From Phoronis australis (taxonomy: Eukaryota; Animalia; Phoronida), in assembly GCA_002633005.1 (NCBI GenBank), contig NMRA01000662.1:138930-202929 (forward strand): DNA of 64,000 nucleotides, read 5' to 3'. Under the pieces are notes generated by a model that was not told where the DNA came from, made no database searches, and saw nothing but the letters and a program-made list of their open reading frames with translations. The translations under genes and the position numbers were made by a program. Shown piece after piece: positions 1 through 13,900 of this stretch. The stretch's first letter is position 1, and every line of letters begins with the position of its first letter.

Positions 1-800
1 GTTTAGAAATGACTGCGGCAATAAAGACTTGGATCAAGCTGAAACACTTGGGCACTGTCTACACGACTGCGTTTTGTTTTCATTTTCAAAACACGGCTAA
101 TCGAAAAATCATCCGCTGATAGCAATTTTATATAGATTTTTCTATCCATACGAAATTGCCAATGCGAGCAATTGTAACAATGACCAACCATATTTTCCAA
201 GTTACGTTTCCGATGTTAACACAAATATAATGAAAACAGCGGCTACAAAATCTTCTCTGCTGAGCATTATCACAATAGGACAGCTGTGGACAGATACTGT
301 ATCCGTAGAGAAAAAACCCGTTTTCAACTGATCTTGACAGCGCCTTTGCGTTGCTGAACCTTCTCAAGCCTAGAAATCCGAAAGCGAATCAGGAACTAGA
401 AGAGACGGACTTAATAATATTAAGCGGTATAAAGTAAGATTGGACATTATCGACAAGCCTACTTAATTAGACAAATATCTACAAAACTATAGATTTAACA
501 CGGTAAAAGCGCACAGAATTTGAAGATTGAATTTTTACCAATCTGGCATTAATTGGGTCACGTGACCATGTTTTTTCGGGCAACTTTAGATTTTTTTCAT
601 GAAAATCGTAAAAGCGAAACAAAATCAAAAACAATCCCTAAAGTCGTAGCTGCAAGTTTCACAGAAACCATATATCTGCCATTTCTGAAATATGAGAGTC
701 CGAGGTTCGCAAAATTTGGAATTCTTCTTGGGTCGCACATAATCTTAAAAGTTGTTTTTAACGGAAGGCACCTTTTTATTGTCCCTTTAATTGTCATATT

Positions 801-840
801 GTGTGTATGTGTGTGTGTGTGTGTGTGTGTGCGCGCGCAC
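801..840. repeat. (GT)n(GC)n microsatellite
   Basis: gtgtgtatgtgtgt...gcgcgcgcac. Confidence 0.9.
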
Positions 841-3800
841 GTGGGCGTGCCTCTGCGCTTGTCTTATTGTATGAATTCCTTTGAACATAGATTGTTTTAT
901 GTGTCTTGATATTCCTTACGACTACAGTACGTCTGTTGCAGCATTGTTTCCCATATACTCAATGGAGAGTAAGAAAAGTACTCTAAACCACAACTTGTTC
1001 AAAGACATCATCCAAAAATCTGAGCGCCTACTCCACAACCCTGCGTAGAAGACCGGATTTTATAACCGGAATGACTCAAACTCCCGTATGGCTTCACGTT
1101 TAAGAGAAGACACTTGTTTTTCGTAATTAATAAAAGGCTTCCCAGATTTCGACTGTTGTGCCGCATCCTGTTAGACTGGCGTTACTTACCTGATGTGTAA
1201 TCAAAGACTTTGAAATCAATATCAAAACATCTTTTTTTACTTTGTCTTGCCCACTTATCTCTGAAGAAGGCAAAAGTCGACACCTAAACCGCATAGTTAG
1301 TTATAAATTGACGGCGTGTATTGTTTTGTGGCTGTGGGTAACCACCACTAGTTTCCGCTCTGGTCGCTGGAGGCAGTGATGGTGGTAAACCTTGTTGTTT
1401 ACAAATAGTGACCTGATTTTGTAGGCTATTCCGTAGGATTAGTGACACTTATGTAAAAGTGACAACTCTTGCGTTAGAACTGCCGTCCGTCGTGGGTTGG
1501 CCGCCTTACGTTAGAAATTTAACTTTTTATATAGACAATTAACTTACCATTATGATATCCTTGACTTACTCATTCCGGTCACCGAATCGTTTGAAAAGCT
1601 GCTATGAGCCTCGCGTTCCACCAAAAAAAAACGAAATATACTGGTTTACACAAATTACTGCAATAAATCCCGTATCAACGCGGTCCTGATTCAGGTACTG
1701 ACAATTCGTAAAATCTCATGACACGCAGTTACAAACCAACTTATGGTCGGTCAGTTCTTCTCGAGCACAGAAATCATCACCAACTTGAACGATTCACAAG
1801 GTAAGCTTAACCATAACTGTAAGTGGTCAAAATCACAAATATCATAATCATCAGTCGGCTCACGTGCGGCTTTAGTACATTTCTTTTTGTGCATTTACCA
1901 AAAGCGATATCTCATGCTGCGCAATTTTTGAAAATCCGATCACTTTCGTTCAATTTGGGGTGGAAACTTTTGTTTCTCGTTTATTTAGCGTTCGTAATTA
2001 CCATGGACCGAATGGATTTTTTGATCGCTTCAATGGAACGATTGGCCAGTCGTACTATTGAAGCTAAACTTGGTTTGTGCCCGTTTCCGTGTGACCTGAT
2101 TAACTTCATTTTATGGTGCTCAGTACAGTCAGTAGGATGATGCCTCATCACCATCACTTGACGTAACTATAACATTAGTACCAATAGTAAACTATTTCAT
2201 TTCGAACAGAGAAATAATAACGCAAAAATCAATTGGCGGGTCAAAGGTCAAATTTGTCTACCCGTTTGTGAGGTACAAAAACACAATCATTACGTTTACA
2301 TATTCCAAGAAAATGTGCACGTTTTGCCCTGTCCATACAATGTTGTGGTCACGAAATATTCGAAATGTCTGTGACAAGGTCGCTTGACAGGGTCATTGAG
2401 TAAATCACACATGGAAACGGAGACATCACGTTGCAATGCAACAAACCATGTTGCTAACTTTTTGTATTCGATTGTTGAGACTTCGTTGACCTTCGGACCG
2501 ATTCCAATTGCACTCGGTTGTTTTCGTAATTTAATCATCACAACAGCAAGACTTAATCTATTTCCGGACTTGAAAGCCACTTCCACATTCTAAATATGAC
2601 CCTTATGACTATATATAGATTCTGTTTACTACGGATTTCACTACGTTCATTCACAAATAAAATACAGCGAGTGTCGTCATTAATCAAATTTGGCAAGGGC
2701 TTCCTTATATGGACAGTGAGCCGGTTCAATTTTAGTAGCTGGACGAAATAATTGACTTAACAGGCGCTGCCTGTTACGCTGACAGATTGCCACTAAGGAT
2801 TCTATTTTTAGACATTTAGTGTTAAGGTGCCTGTCATTTTAGAGTAAACATGTTGTTTTGGCAAATGTAATTAATCAAATGTTATTAGCTAATACACAAG
2901 CTTAATTTATGAGAATATAAGTTTTAACGTCGCAAGTGAATCTGGTTAGACTTTGTACGTAACTGTAGTACAGTAAGAGATATCTCAATGGCGACGAAGT
3001 ACACAGCTTAAAAACAATTCATGAATGACACTTCATATCGCAAACAACACAGAAAAATACTGTTGAGCTGGAAAAAAGTATTATTCATAACGGATTTATT
3101 GTCATAAGAACACGAAAATTTTTTTGCACATTACACGGAACAGTTTTGACCATGAACTTCAAAACAACAACTGTCAGATGTAATTAAGCTTGTCGAATTT
3201 CCTAAAATACAACAGATTTCGAAACCGCCGTCAACATTCAATACCCCTACTGGGCGATTGACCGAGCAGATTTGGTCTGTCGCACTTGGCGCAGTGGGTC
3301 GCCGACTCGCTTCATTTGAGCTGAAGCGCCAACAATAGGCACCGAGCCTTGAACTTGTGAAAACAAGTTATTCATAATCTAGAAGTTTAAACTGATACCC
3401 TTTCCTGGGAACGACTCGACAACGCATACTCACAGTGATTCACTGTAATTGTGCGTGAGAACGCGACTGAGCGCCAAAGTGGCAAATATAAACGCCGTAT
3501 GTTTTTAATAAATATATACTGGTGATCCCGCTTAAGTACAAACGTTTAGACTTGTATCACTGAGCTTTGGTTGTTTAGCGAAACTGGTATGGATTTCAGT
3601 TGGCCTCAAACAAGTATGAACAAATACGAAATCGGAAACTTAATAAATTTGAATCCTACAAGAAACAAATCACCACGTTGACTTCGTGTATGAAACACTG
3701 AACAAAGTTCAATAAGCCACTAACACAACCAAAAGGTAAAAGGTCTTGCTAAAATAGGGACAGATCAGCCAGACACGGAGAACGGCGCGAACTGTCGCCT

Positions 3801-6800
3801 CACGGGGACAGCGCACAGGAAGTCTCCCACACCGGGCGATGGTGGCGGTCTCCGCGAAACGTTTCAAGAAAAATTGAGTAAGACAACATCAACACTATTT
3901 AAACCACCGCTATAAGTATTGGCTGGAAGGCACGGTGACAACAATTAATGAATTGTACGCTTCGTGTGTGTCTGTGAGAAATCGCTCGTACGATGTGATT
4001 CAGGTCTGACTAGACGCGTTATCACAAGGCCCGACATTAGCGGACCGCCTTCCTGTTTGTTTGGCTTATAATTCATAGCACAGTAGTATATTGTTCGGCT
4101 AATAGACACCACATTAGCAAGACGTTTCTCTCTATTAATGCGTCCCATTTTCTAACCAATAACAGTTATCGGGAATTAATTAATTTGTTTTGCTTACCAA
4201 TGATTTTCCCCGAGAAACAAATTTCAGTATTTCACATGTGACTTTTCGCAGCTGTCCTGTGCAGGAGAGTGAACGTTGAAACGTCGTATGCTATAAGAAT
4301 ATTTCACTCTCGTGTTTTGAGAGAAACGATCGTGGAATAAAAGAAACAACACACGCTGAATTGGAGCATGTCCAGCCGAGGATTCTGCTTATTCATGCAG
4401 TATAATATTTAAAAAAGAAATAAAGCTGAGATTTGGCCTGTTTAGCTGACTGGGTGAAAACCGAATTAGGCATTTTACTCTCATAATAGGTCTCAACATT
4501 CCTTACCGGGATATGAGTATTTCTGTTAACCAACAAGAACGTTGAACCAACCAGGGGCTCAAGAAAACGCTTCAGAATTAAATATTGCGAATTCAAAAAT
4601 GGCATGTGAATTAACATGTACTCATGGTTGCGGCGTGCCTGCTCATTTGATAATAATTCACGATGGGGTTAGGCGTAGTAATGATTTCAACTCCACGGCG
4701 CTCCAGCTAAGAATTCAACATAGAGAGTTAAACAGGGGAGAAATGCAGTTTTAGGTTTGGCAGTATCCAAAAGTGACTAAAACGTTGAATTTTAAGTGTT
4801 GGTTCTGTTCCATAGTATTTACTGTAAAGACTTCTTTTAAGTTGTCTTACTGTCCGTAGCACAATTTGCTTCCACGCCTAATATTCATCTTTCGGCACAT
4901 ATGACGTGAGGATCACAACTGACGTCATTACTACACGAAATTACCATAACCGTAAATCAGCATCTATTAGCGGAATTGCAACGAGATTCAAAAGATTAAT
5001 GCTACTTTTGAGAGACAACGATTTCTTGCGGTTATGATATTTTTCGAAACTCCCCCTGTAATTATGTTATAATTAATAATATTATTATCCAAAATTAAAT
5101 GGAAGCGAGTTACAAAAGAAATTTGTTCGCGAAAATACGTTGTCCATAAAACGACATTAAATTGCGACTTTTATATAAATATTTCTATTAATTAAAATAC
5201 TTGATGATGAGCGAGGGTGTTTTAAGGGCAAGCCAAATGTTGCGTCCAAACTATTAAGCCTGAAAACAGTGTCATTCTTTGTTCATTATTAACGGTTGAT
5301 TAATTAACGAATGGCTCTAAATGGATAGCTGTAGGATTAATTATCCTACTGAGCTCACGATATAGTAATTAAAGCCATTTTGCAGAGGAAATTCGCAGTT
5401 CTTTTTTCTCGCAATCAATTCTGTGGTTATACGGAGCATCGTTTTCAGAATAAATAAGGTTTAATTCCTCTCAGATGAGCATACGTGGATGACGATGAAT
5501 ATACGGGGGTCGTACATTTTTAGACTTTGTTTATTACAGCTTGCGTGCCGAGCTTTAAGAATTAAAGGGATTTAACTGACAAGAAAATTTTACGGTTGTA
5601 CAGTAACGTGACCAATTTACGGGGTATCCCTGTTTTACATAGTATTCATTGTACGTGACCAGTGTCACAGGTGATCAGACTCGTCACGGGGATATTCAAC
5701 TGAACACTTCTGGTGGGAAGGTGTAAAAATGTGTTTATAAAATTACGTTGGCTTTAAGAAACCAATTTGTTTTAGGTAGCTTAGCCGCCGGTGGCTTTAC
5801 GTGATTTAACACTGAAGGAGGCTCTTGTCCTCAGTTGTAACTAAGTACAGTACTTGCAAACTTGTTGTACATTCATAAACCTGACTGCTTCCAATTAAAC
5901 ATAAGTGATTCGGCAAGCCCCGTTCATTTCCGCCTCAACTGTGTTCTATTGTTCTAACGAAAACCACTCACAGGGTTTATTTTTAGTAGCAAAACCCACA
6001 AATTTTAATTGCTTTCTAGGACATCTAATGTAAAATTCATGTGCTCACGGTGAACAATGATGAGCTGGCCCTTTTCGGAGCTATTTTCGTGAACATAATT
6101 CAGATCAAGCTTCATGGCTCATCAGTTAATTCATCCGGGGCTTGTCCGCCACCCGTGCTGCGTGTGTGGGAGTGCACTTCTGGTGGAAATCTTGATTCAA
6201 TAGAACTTCACCCATACGATCGGATTCATCATGGTCACGCTTGAGACGGCAACAACACAGAATCATGGTTTCTTTTTCTTGGAGAAGACCTCCATTTCAG
6301 AACACTAACCTCTGCTCATATAGTCATGGGCGGCGCACCATAGGGGGCTGGGGGCTATAGCCCCCCACCTTTTTTCAGTGGTACGCCGCACATGATAGTG
6401 TATAATATTTATATTTTTACATGACATTAATTTCATGAAAATAGAAAACTGTTGATTGAGAAATGGCGGTCAGATTTGGACAACGGAACGACGTGCCTTA
6501 TTTGAAAACTTTTGTCACAGCCTTTTCACAATTGATATGCCATCCAGGCTGCTCATTATAAATTCACAAACTGCAACGACCCGTTGAAACCTCTGCGACA
6601 ATCCTCAGTCAATAAGTATCCGTGTAATACACAGTACTCGAGGTTTTCGATTTCATCTCACGCGCATTAACCTGATTTCTCCGACTCAGCGCCACAGGAG
6701 GTTCTCAAAGTTTTCTCGACCGGGGTGGTGATGGTGGGAGGGGGGTCAAAGCGACCGGCGAGGGGAGCAGCTCAAATAGACATGGCCCCAGTCTTTCTTA

Positions 6801-7740
6801 TGGCCACTATAGCTAAATTTGCTATAGCTCAATAGCTCGAGCATTATCCGACAAACCTGACATTGGCAACGCGTTAAAGTGCAGGGGGAGACGACCTCAC
6901 GCTGTTTCTTCGAAAAACAAAACAGTCACATATTGCTTTCACTTAGCAAGAAAATATGTTTTGAATTAGCAATGCAGGCTTTACAACATTTGAGTTTTAA
7001 ATGCGAAAAACAGGTTAAATGGTTTGAAAGTCGTTCACTTCACACAAAATTCAGCACGTACTCAGTAGGCTTTAAATTTTTCCGAAATTGTGGACGCCAT
7101 TTTCAATTACACATTACAATAATTTTGTCCTCTGAAACCGTTAAAACTTGATTAATCTGCATTTCTAAAAAGGCATCGTGAAAGTTTTCTTTTAAAATTT
7201 TGTTGACTCAATTCGCAAGATATTCATTAGGAATGCAATCATAATCAGAAAGATCACCCTGTTTTAAAAAAGGGAATTTTTGGAAATGATCTACAGCGTA
7301 TATCTCAGTGGAAACATCTCATTTGTTTCTCAACTATTCAGGATACCGAACCTCTAAACACCAAAACCAATATAATATACATGATATAACTTACAGAAAG
7401 TTTTGACGTGAGAGGTTATCACGCGTGACTAAAAACAACCTATATATATGTAGTACGTTTATCTAAATGTATGACAAACTCCAAAATTAAAAGAAGTTCT
7501 CCAAATTGTTCCAAATACAATAAAGAAGAACACAGTTTTTAAAGATTGAAACATTTATGATTACTTTTCAACAAGAGTCCAACGACGACTGAAAAACAAA
7601 AAAAAATGTTTGGACACTGCCAGGGACATATTTTTTCTCGTTCGTCACGGTGTCTGAACGTCTTGCGAGTCGTAACGAAAACAATGCGCAATCAAAAACG
7701 TGTTAGCGGGACATTAATCTGACATTACTTGGACTGTCGA

Positions 7741-7904
7741 TCTTCCTGCCTTCCTCCCTACCTGCCCCCCTCCCTGCCTGCCTGCCTCCCTCCCTGCCTG
7801 CCTGCCNNNNNNNNNNNNNNNNNNNNNNNNNNNNNNNNNNNNNNNNNNNNNNNNNNNNNNNNNNNNNNNNNNNNNNNNNNNNNNNNNNNNNNNNNNNNNN
7901 NNNN

Positions 7905-7952
<48 letters not shown>
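7741..7952. repeat. (CCTG/CCTC)n and (TC)n microsatellites flanking an assembly gap
   Basis: Seen directly; Ns at 7807-7904. Confidence 0.9.
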
Positions 7953-7956
<4 letters not shown>

Positions 7957-10900
7957 ACACACTCGATTTTAAGGCTCTATCGTTTCATTCACAAAGGCAG
8001 TCATGAGTAAAAAGATTGAAGGATTGAGTTAGCGTTGGGCTTGAATTGTTTAAAGTGTTGACACAGGCTTTAATCATTTCTCTGAGATTATTTAATACTC
8101 GCGTTGCCTAAACATTCGTCTGTACATGGTCAAGTTGTATTTTCTTTGTGACAGTCGGAGGAATTTCGCAGTGTTGCTGAGCAAGCAGGTACAACATGTG
8201 GTAAGAATTTTCTCCATTTCAACTGTTGCATTTTTCTCCATCAGTCGTATGCAGCGATTTGATTGGTCGAATTGTCTGAGTGGGTGGAACGGATAAAAAT
8301 AACTCCGAGTTGAGGGCTCAGGTGATATATATATATAGGGCAAGTCTCTTGACAAACTTGAATTGAGAAAGAAGTGACTGAAATTACAAGTAATCATAGC
8401 GAAGATTGGAGTAAGTCATTTGCCAGCAAGTTTAAACAGACACTAAACTTGGTGAGTAGTTTATTTTTAATTGTTTAGTTGGATACGTAATTAGAATTTT
8501 TGTTACTGGTTACCGAGCTCAGCTCAGGGATTTCCCATCCGTGTCAGGCGCTATTTTTAGAACTTTAAATTGACTAGAATGACAAGGATTTCCCTTTGCA
8601 CATTGGTTGCTAATTCGCCAGTTAACGGATTGAAATAATGACGAAACAAGGAAACATTTAATTGAACAAACAATTTCCTTGCTTGGAGGAAATGCTTTCA
8701 ATTGCTCTTTGTGTACAAACAAATTTCTCAGTGTAACATGGCGCATGAAGGTCCCCCTATTAAGTGCGCTGTACTGTTTACGTTTCCACACGATTAGAGA
8801 TTTAGTTGGATGCATAGTGAATAGAATACGTCAAAGACCATGAATGAAACAAAATTACAACAATTGGCCATTATTTCATTCCTGTATTGTTAGTACAACC
8901 AATTTCAATTTCACTTTCATGGACGTAACGTATTGTTACCAAGACGGCATCGGTATAAGGAGAATATTTATTCTCACACGTAAACAACATTCCCATGCTT
9001 GTAATCTACATTCACGTAATTAATTCGATGATTTCCTGGAACAATGGTGGAATTTGTTTTATAAACATAACCTTGTGTACCCAAATCATTGAGATGTTTG
9101 TTTGAGAGGATTATCGTTTGACTTGTGAGCATTGTAAGGCGAGGAGTCAACGGTAATCGAAATTACTATTGGTCGTCTGGTCCAAACAGATTTATCTGTA
9201 AAAAGAAAACAGAGTTATGTTTGTTTGTTTCTGGTAAGGTTTAAAAACAACAAAATAACTGATGTGACACACAGCGAGATTTCAGATTGGAGACGTTTTA
9301 TCGAAGAGGTATGCAAAGCAATCAACTAGCATATTTTAGTGTAACACATTTTGGACGGGCAAACAATAAGCGACTAATGTCGACTTCTAGGAATTTACGC
9401 TGTAGGCAACCAAGAAGTAACGGAAAAATCTGGTGCTAATTCAGACATATGTCACAGGAATGACTTTAAAATTCGGGTGATAACGATTAATATCAGTGAT
9501 CGTGAAAAATCTGGGTTTAATTTTAGACATGGGTTGCTAAATATAGTGTGATGCTAGACATTGGCCATTGGTAACCACTCAAGCACCTGTGGACAGAAAT
9601 ATTATAATTAATCCTTTAATTTATCAGCTTTCTTTAACAATAACCACCCCAATGTGTAAACAAACATGCAAAAACAGATAATTATATCCAATTAAAACAT
9701 ATATTGTCATGATCAGCTAAGGGAAATCAGAAGCGAAGAGATTTGTGTTTCACACTATGAAACATAGATCTAAATATGTGGGACAGTGACACTGACAAAA
9801 ACAGGCGCATAACATTGTAAGAGGGACGTTGGTATTTGACAAGGGCGTTTGATTGCTTGGGGTTGAGCTAATTATCGCTCGCATTACGATCGAAATGGGA
9901 TCGGTAGTTTTGAATCCTGGGGTTCAATTCTAATTTTATAAGTAACAAGTTTGCACACGTTCGATACACTGTCATCTAGGACTGGTGGGGAAGTCCCGCG
10001 AGCGTTACCAACGTGACATATCCGATAATACTGTTGTAAATTCCGCTGTAGGCAATAGTTCCCATCTAATTCAGACATCAACCTGTTGATAGTAAATGTA
10101 TCACAAGCGTTTTTCTAGAAAATACGACTCTTGGTGCTTCGGACGATGAGAAATGTCACGTCTTTTTCACGCGAAAAACGTTTCATTTATCAGTAAGGAC
10201 GTAGATTTTGATAAATTTTTACCAATACTCAATATGAGTTGGTGTTTCTGCAATTTAAATGTTGATATTTGTCATTGTATCTTAATACCGGCAATTAATA
10301 TAGGTGTCAAGGGATCATTTATGGCGATAATCCGACATATATGTATTTATCCTCCCAATAGATTATGTGAAGAACGCTTAAGAGTGCCTTATCACTGATA
10401 TTGGTGTTAGCTGTTCATTAAACATGACTGTGATCCACTTGACAAATGTAAAATAGGAATCGCCGCCCGCAATTGGTGATATATAATTTGATTAGCAATG
10501 TTTTTTATTTCTGAGGTCTAGTCAGCTCACGGGATATTTTAAATGCCATAAAGACTGACACGAAACTTTTCAAGGTAAGGCATATTTCGGTAGTTTGTAA
10601 AATCATATGACTGTCACGTGGTATTACGGCGATATTCTATTGAGAGAAATCGAGATAATCTTAGGCTGGCTGCAAAACATTTGAAACTGTTCTAAACGCT
10701 TGTCCAAATATTGAGCCTTCCACCTCCTTATACAAACGAGCCGCCGCCGTGGGTTAAAAATAAACAGTGTCTGAATTAAATTTTTAGAATTTAAGCATGC
10801 CAATTTCACAACTGGCTCTTTGTGTACAATAATAAAAACCATTTAAGGTATGTCTAGTGTTGTGAATCATTAACAAAATAAAATATTTGCCATTTAAAAT

Positions 10901-13900
10901 GTAATCCATTTAAACTGTTTATTTTAGGCACAATTTAACAACGGCGACACGTATAGCCATATTTACATTTCCATACCTGTTCTTAAATGTTTGAGAACAG
11001 ATTTGCTTGTCATCTGATTACGTTTTTGTTTATTTATTCCGCCCTTGACACTGAGGCGACAATCCCCGATAGTGGTCACGCGTTTTTAGGGATCGTGTCA
11101 CGTATTCGTGTGAACAACTTCCTGAACAAGCATCCAATGAACAGACCGATGAAACGTTCGTACAGTAAACGGTCCACTCTGCGACACTATACAGTTTCTT
11201 AGCTCTGAAAAAGACTCTTGAAACCAGACACGCACACTGATACTCGTGTCGGTGATTAAAAACGCATGCAATCATAAACCACCGACGCTTAAGGTAAAAT
11301 ATGTCGTCAGAAAACCCTTCAATTAACTTTTGCATTGTATACACTAGGCGCACTTTACATAACCTAGAGAGGTAGACTTCTCCAGGGTAGTTAGAGCTAG
11401 GTAGATATTCTACATTATTGACGTCATGAAAATATGATAAATTTGTCTGGAAAATGTTAAGACCCACAAAAATTCATTAGCGTTTATCTGCGACTGGCCA
11501 CGCGTTTTCGAGTCCCGTGATAGGGTCAGAGATGATTGGCAAATATTTTACTTCTGTAGCAAAGGTAAAGTCCAAGGTCAAAGAACAGATGAAAAAGAGG
11601 CTTTCGGGGAAAATGGCTTAAGGTTCTCATCAAAAGTCCTTATACACTTCTATAGACTTGAATTGGAACAATCACCCTCAGAGAATTGTTGTATTATTTC
11701 GGCAGAGTCATGTTTTAGAAATGTTAATCAAATTTTATTGGTTTTGCTACAAATTCCATGCAAACCTAGTATGCGTAAAAACAAAATTATTCTAGCTATG
11801 ATTCAATTAGGATCAGGCTGTAGCTCTGTTTGTCGTATCGTTGAAGTGACGGGCAGTCGACACCAGTTATCTTCGTGGTTACAGCGTAGTTCTATATCAT
11901 TCGTGGTCGTTTTTAAAGCAGTTTTTGTTTATAAATCAGTTGCATAGGAGTTAAAGCAAAATGCTCTCAAACCCTGGAAAACCTAACCTTGTTCACAGGT
12001 CAGTTTTTGATAGCTCAATTCGAATGCGGGGCGAATGACCTAAAAATTCCAAAGTTTTTCTTAAGCAACCATCCGAACATAATCTGGAATCTTTTGAATG
12101 ATGTCCAGGGAGTCGTCCGTCACTGACATTTATTGACATTTCCCCTTATCTTTTTATATACTTATTTTCACGTCGACTAAGTGGCCAACTTGAGACGTCG
12201 AGTAGTTTCAACTACTAATATATTCCATTGGCACTACATGGGGAGTCTCTACAAACCTGTTACGGGTTCAGTCGTTGTGGAACTTCAAGTCAAAACAGCT
12301 CTTCAGAAATCGCCGGTTATCTTGTAATGATAACTGTTTATAGTGATAGTAAACTGACACTCCATGAATTCATTTTGTTTTCTTAATAGATTGCAAATAG
12401 GTTCGAGCTGCGCGCGTATATCCCTTGTATGTACACGGTAAATACATGTGTAAGATTATCGCTTCACTTTCACGCGTCATTCATATCAATTTCACGCCAA
12501 AAGGCCATTACAGCTGAGCGAATAAGGAATTTTTACAGACCATCAACTGGGAGAAGTCCATGAGTTTGAGATACTCAAAAAACTGATAAAAGAGAGAGAA
12601 TTGCAGAGTATTGGCATGGTTGTTAACAGACAAGACAACCAATCAAAGTCCTTGGAGAAATCAGCGCTAATCAACCGTCTGCGCAGTCTAGCTCATGTCG
12701 AACGTTTCCGATGCTAAAAAAATTTCTTGTTGTGAGGTCTGCCATCTCAAACAATTGAAAATCAAATATTTTGTTTCAAAAACCATTTGATTGTCTTTTA
12801 ATCGGCCTAAGCATGTTTGGCATACCTCCCAATGTCTAAGAGTCTGAGTAAATCTCGTATCGTATAACAGATTCAATTGATAACTTAACAAAACTATGTT
12901 TGTTGGCTTGTAGACGGCCATCCACAAATTTACTTTGTTGGAGTTTTTCCTTTTATCAGCAGCGTGTTCTGAAAATTAGCCAGATTAAATTCGACTGAAT
13001 TGATGAAGTTTTCTGGATTTATTTATCCTTACAATGTCTACGACAAAGGCAAATACTCCTCGAAGCAGTTTTCTTAGGTACTCACGGTAATACGGCAGAT
13101 CAGATAAGATCGGTGAGACATACCGTGTTGACGTGAATACTTTATTTGTCGAAGTAGTGTTAGTAATCTCAAATTTGAGTCATTTGTTATTATTTTCAAC
13201 TTGAGGGCTGTTTTTGACTTTTTATAGAAATTTGCTTTTATAAATGCATTCACATAAACAAACACCAAAACAAAACAGCGGAAATCTACGGATAGCGAAT
13301 CGGTGTTGTAACCATTACTAAGCTGACTTTGATAGACAATCTAAACACCACCTGACCGAAAGGTAGTGAAGACAATCTGTAACTCGGTTACATACCAAAT
13401 CAGAAACAAAGTCATTTTATCTCTGCATTTCAGGAATTTTGTTATCATAGATAAGATTGGTTATTGACAATTTTTACTGAATGCCTAATTTGCGACCACA
13501 TCCGCGACCATACGTTATCGTGATTCGCGGCAACAACAGTTCAAACTTTCAATCACTTGCCAAATTTCGTAAACGGCTCCCGACATGGTTAAAAATACTT
13601 GTACACCTGGAAAAAGCAAGAGAGGAAGTGTAAGTTATTCTTATAATTACGCATGCGTCATAGGCGTTGTATACCTTTTTATGCAACATGGAAGACTGTA
13701 AGCGCAGTTATTTCTATATCATTTCCTTTAATTAATTCGCTCACAACTTTCTGTTGCTTCAGCAACTCACAACGTGTTCGGGATGCGAAACTTGTTTTCA
13801 CTCATGCGTTAAATAAACCTTCAAGTGTTGCCAAAACCAATACAAACACCTGTGTATATATCGTATCTTTTTAATAAATCTCAGCATTTCATCAGCGCAA

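Noticed and set aside
6324-7700. Possible DNA transposon starting CATGGGCGGCG...GGGGCTATAGCCCC
   Set aside because: Only one terminus is visible and there is no coding remnant, so it cannot be delimited.
7703-8010. RE/LS repeat ORFs across the gap
   Set aside because: Microsatellites plus Ns.
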